Virus record (IMG/VR): IMGVR_UViG_3300045988_167582
Direction: 5' to 3' (one strand)
From: a virus
DNA: 64,000 nt
Position numbers and translations under genes: made by a program. Every line of letters begins with the position of its first letter. The stretch's first letter is position 1. The notes beneath the pieces are model-generated. The model was not told the DNA's origin, did no database searches, and worked only from the letters and a program-made list of their open reading frames with translations. Of this stretch, positions 45,347 to 54,545 are shown piece after piece.

Positions 45347-46360
45347 TTAAGCCATTTCGTAACGTCCAATACCAGCGTTGCCACCAGCAAGAACGATACC
45401 CATGCCGTATTTCTCACCGTAGAAATACTCCTGAGTGAAGTCGGCTTTCGTGGTCGGGTCGCCCATGAGAACAATCGGGTTGCCCTCGTAAACAACCTTA
45501 ATGGGCTTGTCGTCACCGGCGATAATGGTGAGGACGTCGTCCTTCAGGACAAAATCGGTAGAGCCGACCTTATGACGCTGCGGGGTTACAACAACGGGAG
45601 TTCCGTAGAACTTACCAGCGTAACCGAGGTTGTAAAGGTCAGACTTGAAACCTTCGCCCTGAATAGAGGGGACGAGGTTACGGATAGCCTTCTTAGTGCC
45701 AACGATTGTGGCAGGCTTGCCGCCCGCAGCAGCCTCAACATGGGCGATGAGGTCTAAGAGGGCTTCCTCATCATAAGTACCTGCGGTGGGGAAGTATGTA
45801 ACACCACCAAGGTCTGCAGCGGTAGCACCACTCCAGAGACCGTAAACGTCGTTGAGCAGCTTCTGGCGGAAAGATTCTGCAACCTTATTGATAAAGTCGT
45901 TGAAGTCAACGCGACCGGAGAGTACGCGATTGAGTTCCTCATAGATTCTCACAGCCTTGAGGGAAGTGGGAATAGAGGTCTCCTTCGCTCCGCCGAGGCG
46001 CTGGCGACGAATGCCCTGAGTGCCATCCGCAGCTTCAGACACAACAAAGAGAGTGTTGTCCTCAACAACGAAAATATTCTGGTCGCCTTCTGCGAGGTTA
46101 CGGAAGTCAACAAGCGCGTTGAAATACTCATCGCCCTGAAGACCCTCAACAACAGTACGGCTGAGGATTTCCTCGATGAGAGTGAAAAGACCACTGCACT
46201 TACCGTCGCGAATAGCCTTATAGTCTAATTTGGTACTGCCGCCATTGGCATCGATAAGTGCCTGACGGAGAACGTCCTGAGACTGCTTAGTAGAGTACTT
46301 CTCAACATTACCCTTATAAGCGTCAACAGCGAGCTTAACAATTTCTTTCATATCAGTCAT
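45347..46360 (-). CDS. Major capsid protein
   Basis: 337 aa, higher GC and codon bias, strong hairpin downstream, position after the scaffold-like genes. Confidence 0.7.
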   Translation of the reverse strand: MTDMKEIVKLAVDAYKGNVEKYSTKQSQDVLRQALIDANGGSTKLDYKAIRDGKCSGLFTLIEEILSRTVVEGLQGDEYFNALVDFRNLAEGDQNIFVVEDNTLFVVSEAADGTQGIRRQRLGGAKETSIPTSLKAVRIYEELNRVLSGRVDFNDFINKVAESFRQKLLNDVYGLWSGATAADLGGVTYFPTAGTYDEEALLDLIAHVEAAAGGKPATIVGTKKAIRNLVPSIQGEGFKSDLYNLGYAGKFYGTPVVVTPQRHKVGSTDFVLKDDVLTIIAGDDKPIKVVYEGNPIVLMGDPTTKADFTQEYFYGEKYGMGIVLAGGNAGIGRYEMA

Positions 46361-46383
46361 GATTTGTTTCCTCCTTTCAGTGA

Positions 46384-46890
46384 TTAGTCCACCTTGATGA
46401 CGTAGTATGTATATCTACCAACGACATCAACAGCGATGATACGACCAACTTTGGTGGAGCCAGTAGTAGCCGAAGCCACAAACGCAAGCTTAGTACCGGC
46501 GGCTAACTCAACGATATTTCCAACGGCGGGAGTGCCGGTACCGGAGAGCGCCTCCGCAGTAACAGAGAAAGTGTCGCCGCTGTGGATGTGATAACCACGG
46601 CAAGCCTTGCCAGCCTCGTTTACGAAGTCATCAAGATTGTGCTTATGCTCGTCATATACCACCTCAGGAGAAGCGATAAGAACGATATCGTCAATTTTGT
46701 CATTAGCGGCAACCGCACCGCCGATATAGATTTCGCGCTCACCAGTCATGAGAGCGCCAATTTTAAGAACATTACCGTTTTCAATAGCGGTAGGGGTGGC
46801 ACCATTGGCGCCCATATACTTCACGGACACAAGCTGACCACGGACATCGGTGCCAGCCATAGCGTCAGTTCTAACTACTGCATATGCCAT
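46384..46890 (-). CDS. Head-module protein (decoration or scaffold-associated)
   Basis: Position immediately upstream of the capsid gene. Confidence 0.4.
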   Translation of the reverse strand: MAYAVVRTDAMAGTDVRGQLVSVKYMGANGATPTAIENGNVLKIGALMTGEREIYIGGAVAANDKIDDIVLIASPEVVYDEHKHNLDDFVNEAGKACRGYHIHSGDTFSVTAEALSGTGTPAVGNIVELAAGTKLAFVASATTGSTKVGRIIAVDVVGRYTYYVIKVD

Positions 46891-46911
46891 AATGTAATTA
46901 CCTCCTGTTAA

Positions 46912-48450
46912 TTATTCAGATTCAATTCCGTACTGACGGAATAATCCGCCATACGGTTCTGTAGTTGTGTCGGTTTTATCGACCTTGATTTTCGGAGCCT
47001 TTGTGCTTGCGTCATAAGAGAATTTCGCAACAGTGTTTCTGCCACGAATTGCAAAGCATTTTTCCTCCAACGTAGCAACATCATACTTCTCGGCTTCCGC
47101 CTTGAGAGCTTCAAACGCTTCTACGCCTAATAAATCTTCAAACTGAGCGAAGACTTCATCTCGCTCTGTTTTCGCAACGGCTGCATCGGTATCAGCCTTG
47201 AACTGACGAAGTGTGTCAAGCTCAGATTTCATAGATGCAATCGTGTCGGAGGCGCTTTGGTATTTAGCTTCCAAGTCGGTATTGCTATGGATTTTCTCTT
47301 CAAGTATTGTGTACACAGCGGCAAACGGTGAAGCCTGTTCGCCTTCGTCAAAATCTACGATTTCGTATTTCTTGCGCTTCTTGCTATCGAAATCGATTAT
47401 TACAGCATCGCCGTCGATTTTATAGGCGAAACCATATAAGAGCCAGTCATTGCTGTCCCAGCAGAACACCTCATTGGCGTCTTTATCGTAGTCCACAAAC
47501 CAATACCTTGTGACTTCACCCCATTCCCGCTGAACCTTTTCAGCCTCAAGGGCTCTGCAGAGTTCCTCTCTGAAATTACCTTCAAGAGCGAATTTGCTGT
47601 CTGCGTCACCGTCAGTATCGTTATGGTTGTCATCGGACTTGCCTGCCGTGAACTCCTTTAATTTCTCCTCGAGCTCATCTAAAGAGATGTCGTCGATAGA
47701 AAAATCTAAAGTTTCGGCGTCAAGCCCGTACTTTGCGATTAAATCTAACTTATCTTTCAATACCTTTTCTCCTCCTTCCATCGAATAATTTTGTGGGTGT
47801 ATATTGTCATCCTCCGCAGAGGTATTGACCTTAGAAAAACTCTCCTTTATCTCAAGCATCATCTCTGAAAGTTGCTGCTTGAAATCCTGCTTTGAAAATT
47901 CAAGTGCGGCAGACTCAAAACACGGCTCTACGCCAATTAACGCAAAAGCGGTGAACTCGAAATCATAGATTTCATAAACGCCATTCACCATCTTGCCGTC
48001 ATTAACGGTAATCTCCATAGACTGTGCGCTACAGCCGTCTTTCTTGATTTTTTGATATGCCTCTTGTCGCTTCCAAAGCAAAGCTTCAGCGCATAGATAC
48101 TCGTGTACGGTTCCGTCATCTTCTTCAACTTCTTCCCAGAAAGTTTTGGCGCTCTCAGGGATGCATCCCACCGGGGTGGTGTCATTGACAATTCTTAAAC
48201 CGCCGTCGCTATCTCGAACAATTTCCATATCATGTCCGCCGAGCGTGTCTGTCTCTCTGTCGTAATTGCAAACAATAGGACAGTTGTAAATTGTCTTCAG
48301 GCACCGTTCAAAGGTCGCCTTGTCAATTCGGCTCTTGTTTCTGTTTTCGCCGGAATAAGCAATTCTCAAAATTCCAGAGTCGAAGGAAGAATTGACTTCA
48401 CACAAGTCGGTTAAAGATGATGCGTATGTCAAATTTAAGACCTTATTCAT
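46912..48450 (-). CDS. Scaffolding / prohead-maturation protein
   Basis: 512 aa, acidic, C-terminal coiled coil. Lies between portal and capsid. Confidence 0.45.
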   Translation of the reverse strand: MNKVLNLTYASSLTDLCEVNSSFDSGILRIAYSGENRNKSRIDKATFERCLKTIYNCPIVCNYDRETDTLGGHDMEIVRDSDGGLRIVNDTTPVGCIPESAKTFWEEVEEDDGTVHEYLCAEALLWKRQEAYQKIKKDGCSAQSMEITVNDGKMVNGVYEIYDFEFTAFALIGVEPCFESAALEFSKQDFKQQLSEMMLEIKESFSKVNTSAEDDNIHPQNYSMEGGEKVLKDKLDLIAKYGLDAETLDFSIDDISLDELEEKLKEFTAGKSDDNHNDTDGDADSKFALEGNFREELCRALEAEKVQREWGEVTRYWFVDYDKDANEVFCWDSNDWLLYGFAYKIDGDAVIIDFDSKKRKKYEIVDFDEGEQASPFAAVYTILEEKIHSNTDLEAKYQSASDTIASMKSELDTLRQFKADTDAAVAKTERDEVFAQFEDLLGVEAFEALKAEAEKYDVATLEEKCFAIRGRNTVAKFSYDASTKAPKIKVDKTDTTTEPYGGLFRQYGIESE

Positions 48451-48460
48451 CTCAACCTCC

Positions 48461-48493
48461 TAAAATAAAAACACCGTATACTGCTGTATACGG
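48461..48493 (-). terminator. Intrinsic terminator abutting the SD of the scaffold gene
   Basis: CCGTATAC-4-GTATACGG followed on the minus strand by GTGTTTTTATTTTA, then GGAGG and ATG. Confidence 0.55.
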
Positions 48494-48494
48494 G

Positions 48495-48623
48495 TCAGAA
48501 TGTAAGAGTGTTTGAAATAACATAATCGGAGCCAAGTAAATCAAAATTCAAATCGTTCCGATATTCAAACACAAATATGCAATTTTTCTTGTCGGACTTT
48601 AATAGTGTATAACCTGCCGACAT
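48495..48623 (-). CDS. Small hypothetical ORF (42 aa)
   Basis: ATG with GAGG 6 nt upstream. Ends just before the terminator. Confidence 0.3.
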   Translation of the reverse strand: MSAGYTLLKSDKKNCIFVFEYRNDLNFDLLGSDYVISNTLTF

Positions 48624-48670
48624 AAGTGCCTCAAAAGCTTTCTTGGTAAAAACATAAATAAATTTACCCA

Positions 48671-50188
48671 TTACCAGTCGTCACCGTCCTCTCTGGACTG
48701 TTCTCCGCTATCGGTTAACTCGTCTGCCTCTAACTGAGGTCTGCCACCCTCGTCTGTAGGTGCGGCAGATTCTGACGCAGCAGAGCTTTGTGTAGACGAA
48801 CTTCGGAGCGGAATAAGCAACGATTTCAAACTCAACACTTCGTTTTCGAGGAAGTTCATGGAGTCAAACTCTGATTGGTTGAGTCCCTGAGAAGCTGCAT
48901 ACATCATAATGGTAGGCAGTCCGTATTGAGCTGCTTTGAGATATTGGTCTCCGACTTCCTTACGATTAAACGGGCTACAATCAAGGAAAGTCACCTTAAA
49001 GTTTTTTCCATAAGACTGAGCCTGAATAAAGCGATTCACCATATCCTCGATGCTTTTAACGATTCCGTATGTAACGGCTTGGTCAACCTTCACGGAAAGA
49101 ATTAACGCATTTGCAGATGCCTTTTCATTGTTAAATAAAAGCGACTGCACACCGGCTGCTGAAAACAAATTTTGTTCAGCTTCCGAAATCGTGTCAGTAT
49201 CACCCGTGTTTGAACGTTCAAAACTGATTTTGTTAATAGGCATCGGTGTAAGAACGGAACCGACCTCTTCTGGCAACACTGCGTCGAGATTCTGCCAAAA
49301 CTCTTTGGCTTTATCATAATCCAGTAACCAATTACCATCATCGTCCATCGGCAAACGCATATCAAGCATAGCGTAATTCTCGAGGGCTGTTTTCGTGAGC
49401 TTTAATTGCTTGTAGTCCTCAAGGTCATAAACTTCACGCAGGATACCCGCGAAGGGAGGCATGGCGTAATCAAGGATGTCGTTATTACATTTGATTGCGA
49501 AGGATGAGGGGGAATCAAGTTCAATCCATCTTGACATACGATTTTTTTGATAAACTGCATACTTGGTCTTAAATTCCGGTGGGTAATACTCAAGCATCTG
49601 ACTCTTAGAATCAAAATATGAGAAGTCGAAGGTTACATTTAGGACATTCCCTTCAATGCTTGAAATTGAGCAGTAATCGCTCGGCAGTTGCTGAATCGTA
49701 ATACTGTCATTTGTAACCCACATAGTCCCATAGAAAACATCTTCTCGTAAGCATACCGTCAGAATCTTAGGAAACTGAGTGCGAACATTCATTACGGACA
49801 TTGCGTTGAGTACCTTACGGTAATTCCTATTGATTGTTTTTACATTTGCGGTCTGCGGGTCGATTTTGCTCGGAGCCACAATATATGCAAGGTCTGATAG
49901 TCCAGTGAAATACTGAATCAATCTTCGAAAATGAGAACTTGCGCCGTACATATAAACAACTGCTTTTCGCAATTGCTTTTCGTATGTATATGGGTTCGCC
50001 AAGTATGAGGTGATATCATCTTTGGAGTAAAGAGAAAAAGTAGGGGTATTGGTGTTGTTGTTCAGGTCGCGAGTAATCAGCTTGTTTAATGTCGCAAACT
50101 TACTTGAAATCCCGATAAGCCCACTAATTTCTTGATTGGCTTTTGCTTCTGCGCGAGCTGGTTTACCACCTCGTTGTGTTTTGCCCAT
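48671..50188 (-). CDS. Portal protein
   Basis: 505 aa directly downstream of the large terminase, acidic C-terminus. Confidence 0.7.
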   Translation of the reverse strand: MGKTQRGGKPARAEAKANQEISGLIGISSKFATLNKLITRDLNNNTNTPTFSLYSKDDITSYLANPYTYEKQLRKAVVYMYGASSHFRRLIQYFTGLSDLAYIVAPSKIDPQTANVKTINRNYRKVLNAMSVMNVRTQFPKILTVCLREDVFYGTMWVTNDSITIQQLPSDYCSISSIEGNVLNVTFDFSYFDSKSQMLEYYPPEFKTKYAVYQKNRMSRWIELDSPSSFAIKCNNDILDYAMPPFAGILREVYDLEDYKQLKLTKTALENYAMLDMRLPMDDDGNWLLDYDKAKEFWQNLDAVLPEEVGSVLTPMPINKISFERSNTGDTDTISEAEQNLFSAAGVQSLLFNNEKASANALILSVKVDQAVTYGIVKSIEDMVNRFIQAQSYGKNFKVTFLDCSPFNRKEVGDQYLKAAQYGLPTIMMYAASQGLNQSEFDSMNFLENEVLSLKSLLIPLRSSSTQSSAASESAAPTDEGGRPQLEADELTDSGEQSREDGDDW

Positions 50189-51947
50189 AAATCCTATTCA
50201 CCGCCTTTCCCTTAAAAGATGGTGGCTTAATTACAAACATTTCAGATGAGCTAATATTCACACTGTTTCGCTTGCTCATTTTATTTTCAATTTGCATAGC
50301 CACATAATAGTTATAAGATAAACTTGAGTACCGGTCTTTTCGCATACCGGTCTTTTCATATATTCTCACTTTACCACCGGACTCCTCATGTTGGAGCTTA
50401 GTCAACTCATCAATGAGTAGGGTGGTATGTATATACGGAAGTTGTAACTGCATACGTTCGGCAGGGGACAGAGAACTGTATCCTCGTATATCTCCCAGAA
50501 GTTCTTCGGCGTCATACTCCGTTGCGAGAAGCCGTATTCTACCGCTTCTAAATGCCTCGCGTAATAAGAAAGCACAATCAGAGTTGAACTGCGCATTCGC
50601 TTTAACTGCCCAGATGACTTTGTCGGCTCCCATCACGGTACATCGTGATGCCATTTCTTGATTATTGCAACAAGACAGAGCAGGGTATATCTCTCCTGTC
50701 TCTGGGTCAACAATATCTCTCGCAAGGCAATCATATACGCCCAGACCCAGACCGTTCGTATCAAGCACGAGATAATCGCAAGCAAATTCGTCGAATAACT
50801 TCCGAATAACTAAAGCTTGGTCATCGGTGCGAAGCCCCTCGCAAGCGTCAGCATATACAATATTGCTTGTGTATCTACCAGCCTTTGTAGGCATTAGCTG
50901 GTTGATAAAAATAGCAGTTGCGTCGTTATTATTCTTACGGCTTGACATTAGCGCTATATCAGCAGATAAAATTCTAATCTCGCCGTTTTGCTTAATTGGA
51001 ATCTTTACGAGCTGAGAATTATTTACCTTCTCCGCAAGTTTGTTGGGTAACATGGGGTATTTAATCCTTCTGTTTTTGGAGATAGAGTTGTAATCAAAAA
51101 ATGAGCCGTCGGTACTACCGTACCACAACGCCTCATATTCCATCTGGAATTTGATTTCATTGAAATCCGTCTCAGCCATTTCATCTGCAACTGTATCTGC
51201 GTCAAGCAATCCTTCGGTAATAGAAAGCTGGTATGGCAATCCGCATACAAACTGTCGCTTTGTATCATCGAGCATAAAACGGCAAGTATCGGTACATTTG
51301 AGATAGCTCCAATGGTCAACAAAGTAAGCAGAGGAAAGATACATTGTTTTGTTTTTCTCCTTCGCATACTCTGCCTTGCGTTCTTCCTTGGATAGTTCTT
51401 CGTATCGAGGCATACGCTTCTGAGTTAAAAACTTACGAAGAATTGTATCAATAACATCCTTGGCAATCATTCGGAACTCATCCAAAAGTAAAAGATTGGC
51501 TCGGTTTCCTCGGGCAGAGTCTGAGGCAGTAACAACCTTTATATAAGAAGAATTCTTAAAAACAATTTGTGCGTTTGTACCGTTGATTTTAGTTTCCTTC
51601 TCGTCGATTTCAGCGGCTAACTCAGGGGAATTAGGCTTTAATTCGAGAATGATTTTTTCTAAAACATTGATACTTTGTCCTCTTGTGCCGGAAGCAATGC
51701 ATATTTTGGTTCCGGGGTACAGGATACATCTGATTACGCAGAAGACCGCACTAAGAAATGATTTACCGATACCACGGCTACCGATGAATGCAGTAGTCGT
51801 AGACCAGTTCATCATTACAATAAGAATTTTTTGGAACAAGTGTAAGTTAAGATGTAGATAGTCCTTTGCGAAACGATGAGGATTGGCTCGATAATATGAA
51901 CACCATTGTGCGACCCCGGCGAGTATACGCTCTTTACGACTCGTCAT
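50163..51947 (-). CDS. terL: Terminase large subunit
   Basis: Walker A GSRGIGKS, Walker B LLLLDEF, C-terminal nuclease-like domain. Confidence 0.9.
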   Translation of the reverse strand: MTSRKERILAGVAQWCSYYRANPHRFAKDYLHLNLHLFQKILIVMMNWSTTTAFIGSRGIGKSFLSAVFCVIRCILYPGTKICIASGTRGQSINVLEKIILELKPNSPELAAEIDEKETKINGTNAQIVFKNSSYIKVVTASDSARGNRANLLLLDEFRMIAKDVIDTILRKFLTQKRMPRYEELSKEERKAEYAKEKNKTMYLSSAYFVDHWSYLKCTDTCRFMLDDTKRQFVCGLPYQLSITEGLLDADTVADEMAETDFNEIKFQMEYEALWYGSTDGSFFDYNSISKNRRIKYPMLPNKLAEKVNNSQLVKIPIKQNGEIRILSADIALMSSRKNNNDATAIFINQLMPTKAGRYTSNIVYADACEGLRTDDQALVIRKLFDEFACDYLVLDTNGLGLGVYDCLARDIVDPETGEIYPALSCCNNQEMASRCTVMGADKVIWAVKANAQFNSDCAFLLREAFRSGRIRLLATEYDAEELLGDIRGYSSLSPAERMQLQLPYIHTTLLIDELTKLQHEESGGKVRIYEKTGMRKDRYSSLSYNYYVAMQIENKMSKRNSVNISSSEMFVIKPPSFKGKAVNRIYGQNTTRW

Positions 51948-52956
51948 TTACGCCACCGGAATCATCATTATTACTATCAGAATTGAAGATGTTGTTAAAC
52001 ATCGTCTCATCGTCATCATCTTCATATTCCGGGCGCTCAATTCTCATTTTTGCAAGCTCGTCCTCGTAAAGTTTGCAGTATGTATTTTTAATACCCAGCA
52101 TCTTGCACAGGTGCCCAAGGAACCATATTGAGATATACCGAATGATTCCATCTACATCTTTTAATTCGGGGTCTGGCTCCGGAATTGGGCGCTGATTTTC
52201 CCATTTGCGAACCCATACACCGAACGGTGTGTTTTCTAACGCACCATCTCCATCATTTTTCTGCTGGGCAGGTTTCATGTTTGCGCTGCCAAGCAGTGTA
52301 TTCAATGCGTTAATGCTCTTATCAACAGCGCGTCCCGCTGCACGGTCGCGGCTGATATCAAGTTCAAGACCGCAAATCTGCTTAATGATTGTCTCCGTAC
52401 CAACATCTAATACGGTATTTTCAGGGAATTTAGAAACCCAATATGCCCTCTTCCGCTCGAGCTCGTTATACATCTCAGGCGTATAGCCTGTACCCCAGAA
52501 TGCAATAATATCTTCATCGACCTCCTCGCCGGAGTCTTCGACTTCTTCTGCCTGTGGGGTATTGATGGAAGCAATACTGGTCTCAAAGTTCCATAGGCTG
52601 CCCTCTTCGGACAGCGTATCATCATAACTTTTCCCGGCGTATGTAACGGTATTGATTTTTGCGATGTATTGAGTCATCATAGAACGAGTGGTAGTTTTCT
52701 TTGCTACGACATCAAAAACCTTTTTGCTCCAATATAAATCCAACTTTCGGCAAACCTGTCGAACCGCATCCTCTGCGTTATTACACTGGGAGAGATAAGT
52801 GTTATACATCGTATCAATACAGTCTTTGCAAACGGGGATGTACCCAATGCCCTTATGGAGCAGAGCATAACTTACGGGGAAATATCCTTTTCGTCTGCTG
52901 TACTCTGTACCGCATTTGGTGCAAACAGCCTTGTCGGAACTTACTTCAATAGCCAT
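51934..52956 (-). CDS. Putative terminase small subunit (N-terminal Zn ribbon)
   Basis: Overlaps the terL start. CTKCG...CKDC. Position only. Confidence 0.45.
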   Translation of the reverse strand: MAIEVSSDKAVCTKCGTEYSRRKGYFPVSYALLHKGIGYIPVCKDCIDTMYNTYLSQCNNAEDAVRQVCRKLDLYWSKKVFDVVAKKTTTRSMMTQYIAKINTVTYAGKSYDDTLSEEGSLWNFETSIASINTPQAEEVEDSGEEVDEDIIAFWGTGYTPEMYNELERKRAYWVSKFPENTVLDVGTETIIKQICGLELDISRDRAAGRAVDKSINALNTLLGSANMKPAQQKNDGDGALENTPFGVWVRKWENQRPIPEPDPELKDVDGIIRYISIWFLGHLCKMLGIKNTYCKLYEDELAKMRIERPEYEDDDDETMFNNIFNSDSNNDDSGGVNDES

Positions 52957-53432
52957 CAGAAGTCACCTCCGTCATCATCAGCAACTTTATCGCTTGGTAT
53001 TGGAGAGTGGGCTCCATTTTCGTCCAAAGAAAGCTCAAACATCTTTGCACAAAGCCTCAAGTCATTTCCAAAAACAAACTTCGGAACATAACGCGCTTCG
53101 ACTTCTACCGGTTCTCCCGTTGTGGGATGTTTAGTCGCTCTTGCTTTACGGTGATGCAACCCCAGTGTCCCGAAGCCTCGTATTGATACGGAGTCACCGT
53201 GTTTCAGGGCGTCCTCAATAACGTAAATACAGGTATCCACCATTGATTCGATATCGTCAATAGTGAAAAGAACATCTTTATCTGTTTTCTTTACCACAAA
53301 ATCTTTTGTGTTGCCCTCATCATCTGAGATATGGAACACTTGCTTCGGTGACGATATTGGTTTACGGATGCCGTTATCCTTCATAACTGCGGCAATGCGC
53401 CGCACTAATTCCTTTCGATTCATAATAAGCAA
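52956..53432 (-). CDS. HU/IHF-family DNA-binding protein (extended, 158 aa)
   Basis: RGFGTLGLHHRKARATKHPTTGEPVEVEARYVPKFVFG matches the HU beta-arm. Confidence 0.75.
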   Translation of the reverse strand: MLIMNRKELVRRIAAVMKDNGIRKPISSPKQVFHISDDEGNTKDFVVKKTDKDVLFTIDDIESMVDTCIYVIEDALKHGDSVSIRGFGTLGLHHRKARATKHPTTGEPVEVEARYVPKFVFGNDLRLCAKMFELSLDENGAHSPIPSDKVADDDGGDF

Positions 53433-53451
53433 CTCCTTTTATTCATTACAC

Positions 53452-54474
53452 TTAGATATCAGCGAATGACTTCTTCTCGGGAACGGTCAATTCGCCGTCT
53501 TTGAAATACATTCCGATTTCTTCATCGGAATCTATATCCTTATACACGCGTACCATGTCGCTCGATTCCCATGCAACGATTGTTTGTATTGCACTATCGG
53601 GCAGCCCGGCACGAGCTAAACTTGTTGTGAAATAATGTCTAAGAGAATGAATATAACAAGGCTTGCCCGAGATTCGACTATATGTATTTGCCCAGCTGTT
53701 CGCAGTAGAAATAGGAATATGCGTTGCCGGATTAGTTTTGTCCGGGAACAACCATTCGCTGTCTATCCCTGCTTCATTTCTCTCGTTCATCCACAGGTCA
53801 AGATACGGCTTAAACTTTTTGGACAGCGTGTAGCAGCAGATGATTTTGCCTCCGCCGGTTCCTTTGGTCTTCATCGGGGCGCTCTTGTAGAGGGCACCGC
53901 CGCATACGAGTTTATCATCGTCAAAATCAGATACTTTGAATCTACAGAGTTCTGCCTTACGTCTCCCGCTGTACATACCGAGAGCAAGATAACAGGCTTT
54001 CTCGTATTGCTTCTTTTCAATCAGCTTTTCGAGAATAGTTTCAAGTTCCTCGTCCTCCCAAACTGTCTTTTCACGCACAGGACGATTGACCGGATTTTCA
54101 ACTCTATTGATGATATTTCTGAAATTAGGATATTCATCATCAAGCACGTTTTCGATATAGTTGCTCAAAGATGATAAAGCAGCTTTAAGTCTGCGAATCC
54201 TTGCGGGACTGTTCTCGTTACTGTTGAGCAGCCAGTTCTGATAAGCCACAATATTACGTTTTGTCCAATCAACGAAGTAGTGGTTTCCGTTATTCTGTAA
54301 ACACCAAGCCCATGCGATTTCAATATCATTCTTGTAACCAGCAATGGTGGTCTCGCTTCGCTGAACTGAGCGCAAATAATCAAGAAAATCAGAAAGCAAT
54401 TGCGTGTTTTCGGGGTTCACCTGTGCCAGAAGCTCAGGTGATGTTATAGAATTCATCTTTGTCTTTCTCGACAC
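53452..54474 (-). CDS. XerC/XerD-like tyrosine recombinase
   Basis: SAM-like N-domain, SGRRKAEL (Arg), HSLRHYF, WES..MVRVY. GTG at 54474 is best placed after AGGAGG. Confidence 0.8.
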   Translation of the reverse strand: MSRKTKMNSITSPELLAQVNPENTQLLSDFLDYLRSVQRSETTIAGYKNDIEIAWAWCLQNNGNHYFVDWTKRNIVAYQNWLLNSNENSPARIRRLKAALSSLSNYIENVLDDEYPNFRNIINRVENPVNRPVREKTVWEDEELETILEKLIEKKQYEKACYLALGMYSGRRKAELCRFKVSDFDDDKLVCGGALYKSAPMKTKGTGGGKIICCYTLSKKFKPYLDLWMNERNEAGIDSEWLFPDKTNPATHIPISTANSWANTYSRISGKPCYIHSLRHYFTTSLARAGLPDSAIQTIVAWESSDMVRVYKDIDSDEEIGMYFKDGELTVPEKKSFADI

Positions 54475-54545
54475 AAGTTTCACCTCCTAAATGAATTAAC
54501 CGAGGCAACTTAATTTGTCGCCCCGGTTATCTGGTTGTATATGTA

